The notes under the pieces were generated by a model. The model saw only the letters and a list, made by a program, of their open reading frames with translations, was not told the DNA's origin and made no database searches. Below are positions 13,922-26,666 of a DNA stretch of 50,448 bases, piece by piece. The position numbers were made by a program, and so were the translations under genes. Position 1 is the stretch's first letter, and each line of letters starts with the position of its first letter. This stretch comes from Girardia tigrina (taxonomy: Eukaryota): contig MQRK01175358.1 of the NCBI GenBank assembly GCA_001938485.1, positions 1 to 50,448 on the forward strand, in the 5' to 3' direction.

Positions 13922-14377
13922 AATAATGTTATCGTCAATTTGAAGTGGAAGAAGAAATTTTAGTAAAAGAAGAGCCACATAAAATTCGAAAATATAGAAT
14001 AAAGTATGAAGGACTAACATTACATCAAGTAGTTTTGATATACCAAAATCGATTAAATCCTAGGAGAATTGAATCGCTAAAAAGATTTATTTTGTTTGCA
14101 AACTAAGATGCGGTAAAAGTAAGAATATCTGTTATTTTTGTAAATTATAAAAATCTCAATTAATAAATTTATACTATATTATAATTAAGTCTTCAACTAA
14201 TTTAGAAAATTATTAAAGAATGATATAAATCCTGGTTGATTATTTCCCTTACTATTATTTATTAGTAAGACAACCAATTTTCAACAATTAGTTTAGGAAT
14301 GAGAGCAGCCTTTTTGATCAAATTTAATATTGTTTTTGTATAAATCAATTCAATATAAGAATAAAAATATCTGATAC

Positions 14378-14529
14378 CTTGACCATTGGTAAATCTGGAT
14401 GTTTCAATTTAATATTATATTCTTTTAAAAAATATTGTTGAATAGACATTTTCTTCTCTTCAATTTTTTCTTCGATTGCATTTTTTTTTGAAAATCCAAA
14501 AATCGTGTATTTTCGATCGTACTGCTTTC
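14378..14529 (-). CDS. ago: Argonaute PAZ exon (RKYTIFG...SIQQYFLKEYNIKLKHPDLPMVK)
   Basis: gtttag acceptor, gtatca donor, phase 1/0, PAZ core YF..Y...L.YP.LP motif. Confidence 0.9.
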
Positions 14530-17500
14530 CTAAACAAAAATCACTTTAATTTTACAGAAAGTACAACATTAATTTGCCTAAGTATATGACATAAAAACAG
14601 TATACGGATTAAGTTAAATTTTAGTTCTTAAATTCATAAAGGTAAAAACAAACCCCCGAAAATTACACTAATAAACCCAAAGCTCCCGATAATTATATAT
14701 GCCGTGTGAGAGGATCAGAAAAATTTGTATTTATCAAATGGTTTCTACTCGATACAGAGTCTATGATTTACTACGATGTGCGCCAATGCTGAGTATTATT
14801 TGTAATACAGTTATCCATCACAGTCCGGGGAAACTTATTATTAAATTTAAAAATTGAAGCTACAAAATGGTATGAAAAATGGACAATTTGTTCTGCATCA
14901 AGAAATTTTACATCAACTTTAATAGACATTCTTGAACATTGTGACTATTTTCCATCAGTCAAAACAATTATTACCATCGCTTTGAGTTTATTAGTTACGA
15001 CTTGTACTATCGACCGAAGTTTCAACACATTGAGACGTGTTAAAACATGTCTAAGAGCTACAATATTAGAATCGAAATTGTCGGGTTTATATATGATGAG
15101 GACGAAACAAATAAAAAAAGTTCATTGAAAATATAATAAAGAAATTTGGCCGTGATAAAGGACGAATGCAATTTTTACTTTCAGAATAATAAATACATTG
15201 CATAAATGATAAATTGTAATACACTCAAACCTGTATTTATGCGTTTTTTGTGTGACCTCATCAATTAATTTTAATTATATGATCACAAAAGTAAAAAATC
15301 ACCAAAAAGGACTGCATAAAAACAGGTTTCAGTGTAAAATATGATAAATATATTGTATTTTCATTAATAAGATTTTATTATTTATAAATTGATTTTGTAT
15401 AATTCTATTTTTATATTTCTATGATTGTAGTATATTATTAAAAACATTCTAAAAAAATATTTGTTAATTTACGGTTTTTATTTTTGACCCCCTTTGGATT
15501 TTTTTTGCTGCGGACGCCCATGATGATGTGCGGTCAGAATTGAAAAACAAAACTTCGGTACTGTCATGTAGATGTACAAAACCTTTTATGAGTTGAATAA
15601 TCTTTTTCACTTCAGGTCTTTCTACCAACAATCATCTAGAATATAGATTATTTACAGCAAGTAAAAAAATATGTAAAAAAAGAAAGTAACTGAGTAAAAT
15701 TAATTAAATAATGCACAAATAAGGCCTCAAATTGAATCTTTAATTAAAATTATCTAAAAATTAGAAATTTCATTTTAATGCCAAGATTTTTTCAGATTAA
15801 CCCTTAAATATTATAAAACAAAATATTATCACGGATCCTAAGACACAGATATGTCTTGATATTAATAATAATATCGCAAAAGCAAGATGCACACTCATTA
15901 ACACTTTTTATCATACTGGTCAGGTAATGCATAAAAACCAATGTTTATTTACATTTATTAATAAACAAAATGAAAAAATCGTAATTTACCCTTAGCATCA
16001 AATCTGTAGCACTAAAAAGCCAAGTAAAAACATTTTTGTGAAAAAAATATTGAAAAGTATTGATTGTTCATTATCATCTTAGAGTCCCATCAATGAGATA
16101 CAGAATACCGGTATTTTATGCAACTGCTACAATGAGTTAAATACTTCGTAATATATTTATGTTCTTTTACGATACAATGCGCGAAATTACAATAAATTAC
16201 AATAAAATTATAAATTTGAATTTCGAAAACGTATAAAAAACTATTTACATTAAAATGTGAATAATATCAATACCTTCAGCATTTTTAAGATGACTGGCCT
16301 GCACTCGGAGAGTTTTAAGTTTCTTGGAAAGCATATGTGCATTAAAACCCCGGTCTATATTTGTTATCTTCGATATATATTCCCAAAGATTGATTGCCTC
16401 ATGACAGACAACTTGAGTCTAAATAACATACTTTAATTATTTCAAATAATTTTAATTCAAATTTTCATTGGGAACAATATTTTTAATGTGGCTTTGTATA
16501 TATGTTGTTTTTAGAGTGGTACCACTTCTACTCTGAGAGATGATTAACATTTTTAATTTTTATTATTTTAAAGTAATTTAGTCTAAATTAAATTAAAAAT
16601 ATTTAATTTCTTAAAAAATCTTTAAATTGAATCTATGCAGATCTAGAAAGCTTTATGGGTTATTTTGAAAGTAGTTTATTGGAATGAGAAGATTAGACGG
16701 AAAAAGAAGCTTACAAAGGCATTGCATTTGTCAATGGCACCAATACGACAATGCTATGAATAATCTTATTAAAACTAACAGTATTGAAAGTTACGATCAT
16801 GCCTTATCACGAATTTCAAACTGCGATTACCAAAATTTTGGAATGTTTTTGGAAGTAATTAAAAAGGATATGCAAAAATCAAGATTAAAGATTATCCAGA
16901 AAATACTGCTATCACAACAAATCCACGAAGAAAAAATTAACTTCAATTGAATGAAAGAATAACAAAAATTGTCTTCACATATAATGGAGATCAAAAATTT
17001 CAATATTTATTAAGTATTAGTATCTTAGTTTAATATTTTTATTTTTAAAAATAAAGTTTAGTTATTTATTAAGTTGTTTTTAATTTATGTCATATCTTAC
17101 ATTGATTTCAAACTTTTATAATACTTTCAGGTAAGTTAAGTTTTACAATATATTCGGGTTTCCAAATTTTGTTGTAAAAAATTTTGTAATGCCAAGTTTT
17201 GTTGTGCTAAGTTTTACAATATATTATGGTGTGACAAGGAAGCCTTAATCCATGAGTAGCCGTTAGCGTTGACGAGTCTCTTTTTATGTTTTCCGTCCGA
17301 TAAAATTTGTTGATATATCCTTTTTGCAGCATTTAAAACAAGAAATATTCCTTAACAAGGGAGGATTTTTAAGGATCCTCTTTTGCCCTTTGAACATTTC
17401 AGTCATCAGACTCATGAAACTTTATATACGTACTCTTAAGATGATTTCCCTTTGTTATCATTTAGACTAACGATCGATCTTTTATTTGCCTTTTTATCAT

Positions 17501-20500
17501 CAAAATTTATGGCCTTCAATCGTCTTGATGTTTATTGATCTTCCATTTTGTTGTGGGAAAGAATAAAGTCACACGCGAAATGTATATTTTTGAAATTAAA
17601 TCACAATCAGCAGTTTATTCATTTAAACAAATGAATTATTAATTCATATTACACATTTATTAATCCATTCGCTGTTAATATGAAAAATATATATCGACAA
17701 AAATATTTAAGCGTTCTTTTTTTAATAATATATTAGTATTACTTTAATATCTTTTATTATTCGTAGAACTCTGTATTGGGAAACTAGCAAAGATGAAATA
17801 GTCGTTCCCTTTCCAAGGAAATTGAGATCTCTTCAAATTAGATTGTTATTTATTTATATTGTAAAAATTGAAGTTGTTTATTTAAATTGAAAAAATATTC
17901 AATCAATTATATTATTATGAGTTATTCATATTTTATACTGGAAGAACTTTATGATTGTTAAATATTATAGAAATAATTCTGTGCAATCAAATTTAAAAAA
18001 TCTAAAAACTCAACAACTATATATTAAAAAAAAATTTAAATTTAATATCTCAAAATTAATGTTTAAACCTTATCAAAGTTGAATCGAACTTTCCACATGT
18101 GAGGACGAATTGTAGTTGAGTACCCTTCTATCAAAATATATGGGCCACATCTGAGAGGCTGTGCGGTCCTAATATCGAAGATAGCTCTTCCACCAATGTT
18201 TATTAGGTTTTTATTGAGAAACATTTCTTTCATAGTTGTATCAAGTGCTCGTAATGCTTCCTATTTAATTTTAAATATATCCAATAAAAATGATCATATT
18301 ACATGTGGCATATCATCACTTCTACCTCTACCAGTGATGTATGTATTTATATCATTTAATTCAATATCTTCTTCCTTTACTCGTTGTATCGTGAAATGAC
18401 ATTTTACATTGTCTCCGTCTAATTTATAATCAAAAGTTATTTTATTGATTCCATCCATATTAGGTAACGATATTAATTGGTTATTGAATATAATTCTACC
18501 ACCATCAAAAACTGGAAGTCCCCTGAAAAAATAAGTTTTACTTTAATGTCAATTATTAAAAAGATAATGAATGTCAGGTAAATCTAAAATTTTAATATTA
18601 AAAATCTGACTGCTGACATATCAGTTATGGTCCTTTAATGTCATTGGGTTGACAATTAGATCTTAATTTATTTAAATTATTTTAAATCACATCATTATCA
18701 TGTATGGCTTCTGGAATCAGCAAAGTAATTAAGTATTTTTATAATTATTCTTGTCGAAGATGATAGAACAAGAAACCATTCAAAATTATTTCTCTATCAT
18801 AAAAAATAAAAATAATTTTTTATAATGTAATTCAATGAAGAAAAAAATCGGAAACATGGTAATGAAACAGTATTTACCATTATCTTAGTTGTGATTAATT
18901 ATTGATTTGTTTAAATATTCAAAAAAGATTGTAAATAAAAAATATATTTTATTAGTTAAAATTATGAGTTCTGATTCGAAACCTTGAGATAGATGGTGAT
19001 CACGTTAGTATTCCGATCAAGGTTTAAGGAAACCCTCGAGAAGATTATAAAAGAATACAATGGAGTCGATTCTGAAGAAGGTAAAATATGATACAGAGAC
19101 AATGCTCAGAATTCTTTGGTTTAACATTCTCGGAAATGTGCGCTTATCTGTTGATAGACGAAGCAAAACTTGTTTGGTGAAATGTAGCATAACATGGTAA
19201 GAAACTAATATCAGATGTGCAATCCAAAGATTGGTTCCAGAAAACATTTATAAAGAAAGTTCCTCTGTTGGAAGAATTGGACAAACTTAGCCCAATTTGT
19301 CAAGGTAAGAATGAAAGATTCTTAGCATTCGAATTAAGGGCTAAGAAAACAATTGAAATTTTCTGGAAACACAGCGATGAAGAAATTTCTATTAAACTGT
19401 TAAAACATCGGATAAAATCTCATATTCCCAATGATCAAATTGTTTTCAAACCAAACATCTCAATGGATGAAATGAGAGCGGAAGCTAAGATTTATGAGGA
19501 AAATATTTCAAAAGAATAAAGGAATGATGGTGATAGATGTAAGAACATCCTATGCAGAAATGACAAAGAAAGACAAACATCAAGTTAGAATATATGAGAA
19601 ACCAGAACATAGAAGAAATGCATCTCGATTGGCTGAAACAAACGACAGACAACCAATATTACGAATATAACGTAGTTAGTCATGAGAGAATATCTAGTAG
19701 AATAAAAGAAGACAAACAACAATATAATCGCCCGATGCATTCGGCTTGGTACGAAGTAAGGAAGATATATTGCAAAATAAAGAGACTTCCGACTCCAGAA
19801 GAGGAGCATTTAACCAGAAGGGATTGTAATTGCTGTTGTCTTTGTATCTTCGAGAGTCTAAAAGAGAATCAACTGAATGAAAATTTCCTGGTAAATCTGT
19901 TTCCAAAAAGCTCCGAATTGGCACATCCCATCGGAAATCCGTGATGCTTGGATTACATTGGTGTCGATTTTGCTGGAAAAAGTGTTCACATAAACTCCAC
20001 ATACTATAGTGATCTTATTCAGAAGTGCAGACGTGCTCGACGAAAGCCACATGGATATCCAATGTGGCTATTACAAGATAATGCCCCTATTCACAAAAGT
20101 GCTGAAACAATGGAAACAATTTCGAAAAGTGGATTTGTGTTGCTGGATCACCCTCCATACAGTCCGGATCTCATACCAAATTGATTTTTACCTATTTACC
20201 ACGTTTTACTTAACTTGCTTTGGGTTCTGTCTGTCTTTCTGTTTGTTTGTGATGTTTCACTTTCCACACGCTTTTTTAGACCACTTCCACTCATCCGATC
20301 GTTCTGAAATTNNNNNNNNNNNNNNNNNNNNNNNNNNNNNNNNNNNNNNNNNNNNNNNNNNNNNNNNNNNNNNNNNNNNNNNNNNNNNNNNNNNNNNNNN
20401 NNNNNNNNNNNNNNNNNNNNNNNNNNNNNNNNNNNNNNNNNNNNNNNNNNNNNNNNNNNNNNNNNNNNNNNNNNNNNNNNNNNNNNNNNNNNNNNNNNNN

Positions 20501-23500
20501 NNNNNNNNNNNNNNNNNNNNNNNNNNNNNNNNNNNNNNNNNNNNNNNNNNNNNNNNNNNNNNNNNNNNNNNNNNNNNNNNNNNNNNNNNNNNNNNNNNNN
20601 NNNNNNNNNNNNNNNNNNNNNNNNNNNNNNNNNNNNNNNNNNNNNNNNNNNNNNNNNNNNNNNNNNNNNNNNNNNNNNNNNNNNNNNNNNNNNNNNNNNN
20701 NNNNNNNNNNNNNNNNNNNNNNNNNNNNNNNNNNGTAATTCAGAAATCCGCCCCACGTTTTTGGTTAGGTATAAAATTTCTCACATGTCTAGAAAAAAAT
20801 TATTTTCCACTTTTTAGTCCATATGAAAACGTGGTTTTTAAAACTTTTTTATTAGTAAAATGAAAAGATATTTGAGAGGCCAAACGTTTGAAAATGCTGA
20901 TGATCTGCGTCAGTGCATGGAGGATTTCCTGAAGGATCAGCCACCAATTTTCTACAAAAATGCATTCTTAGAACTTTTTGATCGTTGGAAGAAGTGTGTG
21001 GTTCATGAAGGGTCTTATGTTGAGAAATAGTACCTTTATATGATTAATGTTCCTGTGTTGTAATATGATGCTCCTGTTATTTTACTTTCTTACTTAGTCC
21101 GGGTACTTATTGAGCACACCACGTAAGAAATCAGTTTTAAAGTCAATCCACGGAAATGCAAATTTGAAGTGGGAGAGTTGGTATTTCTGGGACATACAAT
21201 TAATAAAGACGGTATCTCAACAAATAATTTGAAAGTGGCAGAGATTCAAAATTTTCAGATTCCTTAGTGTATGCGAAATTTACAACCATTTTTATGTCTG
21301 TGTACCTACTATCGACGATTTATTAAGAATTATGCAGTTACCAGCACTGTTGCACAGTAAATGTAGCGGAAAATGTAAAGAAATATTTTGGTCAGACGAG
21401 TGCGACATAAGTTTTAACGAGTTGAAACAAAAGCTATGTGGTGTATCAATAGGGCATATGTGAACCCGAGTAATTACGTAATCTTAGATAACCATGCATC
21501 AATTGGATCGATAAAAACATTATCAAGTTAGAAATCAGAAGATGAAGAATTAGTAATCGCGTATGTATCAAATACTTTAAACACACACGAAAAAGGGTAC
21601 TATGTGACAAGAAAAAGAGCTATTAGCTTTAGAATAGTTCATATTACATTTTAAGTAATATTTATATGACAAGCGATGTACGGCAAGAACTGATCATAAA
21701 GCATGGGTATGGATGAAGATCACTTCAAAACTAATAACTCTTCCATTTCAGATAAGGTGAATTTCTGAAATGGTGACGAACATGGAAATACAGATGGATT
21801 GTAACGAGTACATGATGTTTGTGCACCATGTGAAACAAAAGACGAAGAACAAAAATCAACAAAACCAAGAGTGAAGCATATCAATGCAGTGTTTATTCAG
21901 TCTATAATTCAATAGATGAAAGAGGAACAAGGAAAGTGCTCAGAGTTGAACCAGTTGAAACAAACAGAGGAGATGACAGAAGATGAAAAGAATGAAATAA
22001 CCAATGAACTATTACAACTAAAAGACCAATTAATCTATCAGAATGGGTTATGTGGTAGACAAGAAGGAAATTGTGTGTTAAAATTTGTTTCGAAGCAAAT
22101 TAGAAGAGATTTCATCAGAAATACACAGAAATTTATGTCATGTAGGTATAAAACAGGCACAAAAATATATCCAAAATCATATTATGCTACCAGATTTAGC
22201 GAAAGAGGTGAAAATTATTATCGGAGAATGTCTGGAATGCATACAGAAAGATTGGAAGCGAAAAAGCACAAGAGAAGTTGATTCCAATAAGAAGTGACGA
22301 GTTTTTAGAGTAAGTCGTGATGGACGTCGCATAGGTAGGTGACAAGAATAGCATGTACACATATTTATTGGTTTTGGTTGACCAGTTTTCGAAATTGGTC
22401 TGTTCGACTGAGATTAGATCTCAAAACGAAGAAACCGTAGTTCTATGTGTGTTGATCAAGTTAATATATAGAAATTGGAAGCCAAGAACAATATTAACTG
22501 ATGATGGAAAATGTTTTAATAGCGGAAAATTTAAAGAATTTTGCAGAAGATACGGAATTGCACTCAGATTTAGTAGCCCATTTTAACATCAATCAAACGG
22601 GCTTGCAGAAAGAACCATTCGAACAGTAAGAGACATGACAGTAACAAGCAGAAAGAGACACAGACAAACGATTATGGTGGAAAATTGTTCCGAATATAGA
22701 ATTCTGTCTAAATGCAGAGTTCGACAGGATATTCGCGCTTCGAAGTTGTGTTTAATAGAAAAATATATTTACATGCTGCCGCAGGAATAGCTAACGATGA
22801 AGAGAGTAATGTGATTAAGATGAAGGTTAGAGAAAATTTAGAGAATTCAAGACGAAAGGAAAATTGAGATAGAGAAAAGACAACAAGTCAAAATTTCGAG
22901 GATTGTCAGGAATTCTTTGTAAAACAAGATCCTACAAAACAAAGAACACATTCCAATTCGATTGACCGTATCAAATTACAAGGCATATGGCAGCAATTTT
23001 AACTTCAGATTCTGAAAGATGAAAGTATAATTCTTCGAAGAATTAAGTTGATTAAGAAAGTTAAAAGCGAATCATAAAAGAGAGGAAATTTGTGATTAAT
23101 TATTGATTTTTTTAAATATTCAAAAAAGATTGAAAATAACAAATATATTTTATTAGTTTTGATTTTAAACCTGGAGATTTAACTATCTTAAAAAGAAAGT
23201 ATTCGTAATCAATAAAAGCTAAAATACTTTAATAATAAATGTTAAGAATTAAAAGTAAAGGGAAAATTTTTGAAATAAAAAATAAAAATTTACTTACCAA
23301 AACACCAAATAAGAAAACAATAGACACTTGAAATTAAGTTAAATTAGTTAATTAAATATAATTTTATAAAATACCGGTTTAACAAAATAATAAAACTTTA
23401 GTAATTTAGTTCCTCAAGTTTTTTAAGAAATAATTAAATAAATAGGATTTAAGTTAAGTATAAATAAAATTAAAAAACACAAATTTGTTTTAATATTTGA

Positions 23501-26500
23501 CAGAATATTACCGGGAATCGAAAAGCAGCGTGGATATTGAAAATATCAGAAGAATACATCAATCAATCACTCCAAATCCTTTTCTATATCCGATAATTAA
23601 TTGTTATTATTAAATATAATTTAGTTTTTATGGATATTTGTTCTTCTCCGAGTGGTGTACCCACATACGCTATTAATAATAATTATTATTGTGGATTATT
23701 TTTTTAAGAAAAAATTTGAAAAATTACAAATTATTTTTTTCATTATTTTATGTTAAATAATTTAAAATTTTTTATTTTAAAAATTTGGAAATCTTTTATT
23801 AGAATTATCAATATAAGATATTTAAACATCAACATAATTTTAAATTAAATGTAAATTAATAAATGGTTTTAGTTTTTTTAATTTGTTCTAATTATAATGA
23901 CTAAAATGATAGTAAATACAAAATATTGCATTTTTTTAAATATATTTTTGTGAAATACTAGAATTGTTATCGTATTTTGAGCATACACATAAAAGAGAAA
24001 GAAGAACACCTGACTGAGTTTTTTTCCAATAGTGGAATCATTTTAAAACTGATTCTGGAGGCAAAGCCAGAATAACTAATAGTCTTGAATGATAGCATTA
24101 TAGTTAGCAAGCTTTATTTCAATGTTACCATCCAACAATTTGGAAATTTTTACAAGGCTTAGAGAAAGATTTGCAAATGCTAAAAACAAGTTATTATAAC
24201 GGGATCTCTGGTAACCTTTACTTAAAATATATTGAAATTTAAAAAACCAATTCATTGAAACAGTTAACCGACATTCTTAAGGACAAAGACTAGATTACTT
24301 GCACACAATTGCATATTTGTCAAGTCGTTAGTTGTTATTTAATAAATTATTGTCGAATTTGAGTCAAATGACCGAATTCAAAGACTTAAATCAGTATTTT
24401 GGGATTCGGTCATTTGACACAAACCCCATGTATTAGATGTAGGTGATTAAGTGTCACTAAACCCAATAAACACAATTAGAAAATATTCTTCACACAGACG
24501 AAATAATAAGTGTGAAATACAAAATGATCTGTGCAGAAAAATATTTTCAAAAAATTAGTTTCAGTAAAATTCTTTATTAATATATTTTTAACTAAAGATA
24601 TTTGAAATAAAGAGCAAATTTGAAATTAAAGCAGAACACAATCATTAAAATAGTAAATTTACTTATTTCCTTTCAAAAATGCCATTACAATGTTTCTAAG
24701 AGTGTCTTTCTTTTTCATTTTTGGAGTAATATCTCTTTTCTTTTGGTCAGATCCAACTACTTCTGCTTTTGTCAGTTCAATATCATACATATATATTTTC
24801 ATCGGTTTTATTTTCATATCTAAACAATTTATTGTCAAAGCGATAGAATAACCTTTTCTTCCACCATCATCAGGCCTATCTGGTAAAAATTTCCTCATGA
24901 GAGTTTGAGATATATTAAAATCAACATTAAGGCTAAATATAAATAAATCAAGGAAACATAAAATGTAAAAAAATAATGGCAATTGATATTCATTATTAAA
25001 AAGTGAACGCCATTTTTCACAATTTATTTTCATAATTAATTTCGGCGGATTACCCGCCATCTTCAGACTAAATTAACACTGGCTTTTTGCAGCTTATATA
25101 TGAGAAAGGTGATTATGTAATCAATCATGTAATAAAGGCTCTATTTGAAAATGTTTGACAGAGAAGTTGAGTGTGAAGCTTGGATATTAATTTTTGGATC
25201 CATGGATCTTATAATGAGGCCTTAATTTAGTCTGAAGATGGCGGGTAATCCGCCGAAATTAATTACGAAAATAAATTGTGGAAAATGGCGTTCACTTTTT
25301 AATAAAGAAACATAAAATGATTAAAGTTTTAATAATATTGGAAATATCATGTATATATTATTAAACATTTAAAAAATAGTTAAATAAATTATAATATCTC
25401 GTAATTATACTTAAGTATAATGATTAAATTTCCAGTTATTAAATAAACACTGTTTTCGAAATTACGGAAAACATTCTAAGGGGAATAAAAAATTCTCAAA
25501 ATTTTAAAATTGTGTCCACTTAATTCAAAAATTATTCGGGTAGTGACATGTAAAAGTGACACATAAATAAATAAAACCTTCTTTGACACAAAAATAACTA
25601 TTATATAAATTTTTTCTTTAAGTGTTTCATTTTATTATTTATTTGCAGTCATTTTATTTGACGCAATTTTCAAAATTTATTTAAGTGCAGAACAGTTATT
25701 CTGTAAAGGCAATTTGAATCGTACACATTAATGAATGGAGAAAAAATTCCTCAAAGTGGACGACCACACGAAGGGGAAGAAAAAGAAGCAACAAATGAAA
25801 AATCATTACAAGTGGTAATAATGTTTAGACCAACATAACGCTACCTAGTGAAATTAAATTTCCATTCACATAAATTCAAAGGACATTAAGACAAACTCTC
25901 AAATTATTCCAATACAAAAATCAAGTCATGCAGAAACTATCTGAAGATAAAGCAGCTAGAGTGACTATGTGTAAAATGATACTTGAAACATTTGATTCCA
26001 ACACAGATTTTCTGGACGAAATTGTGTTCTCAGACAAAGCAGTTTTCATACTACATAGAATTGTAAATCGTCACAATTTTCGTACATGGGGAACCACCCA
26101 CTTAATGAAATTGTAAAGCGTCTACATTCGAGCCAAAAAAAGAACGTTTGAATAGGAATTTCGAGTAGTAATTTCGTTTCTTGGTTTCAAAGAAGTTTCA
26201 AAGAAGATTTTCTCAAAACATCTTCAAGCAGAATGGTGCTCCTGTCCGTTACACAAAGGATTTGTGGAATTTCTTAGAGATTAGTTTCTAAGTACAATGG
26301 GCATAAAGATTACCACATCTGTCATCTCGAGACTTTTTCTTCTGGAACTACTTGAAATATTTTGTTTATAACAATATTTTCAAGAAATCATATTTAAAAG
26401 TGCTTGAAAATATCAAGAATGGTTAGATATGATTTAATGTCTTTTAGAGGTAGATTAAAGACGTGTATTGCTGACAGTAGTGCTCATATTAAAAAAAATT

Positions 26501-26602
26501 AATTATGTATAATAAGTGTCCTTTTATTAAAATATGTTTTGTTTATTTTTAATAATAAAGATGTAATATATACTTAAAATCTAGAAAATACTTTGGATCA
26601 CC

Positions 26603-26666
<64 letters not shown>

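Larger units (their letters stand above)
18890..23180 (+). mobile_element. Second, heavily decayed Gypsy element with ~100-bp LTRs and an internal deletion
   Basis: Direct repeats tgtgattaattattg... at 18890 and 23091, PBS-like TGGTG, purine tract; RT end/RNase H and integrase (LVDQFSK, ILTDDG, SNGLAER) fragments. Confidence 0.8.
24966..25306 (-). mobile_element. Truncated Penelope-like element (pLTR plus inverted partial pLTR)
   Basis: Near-identical to 43785-44043; inverted copy 25222-25303; flanking direct repeat GAAACATAAAATG (24953-24965, 25307-25319). Confidence 0.85.

Noticed and set aside
24933-25060. N-terminus MAGNPPK...FIFS of the 133-aa ORF (and MKNGVH... at 49965)
   Set aside because: Read-through of Penelope pLTR and intron upstream of the splice acceptor
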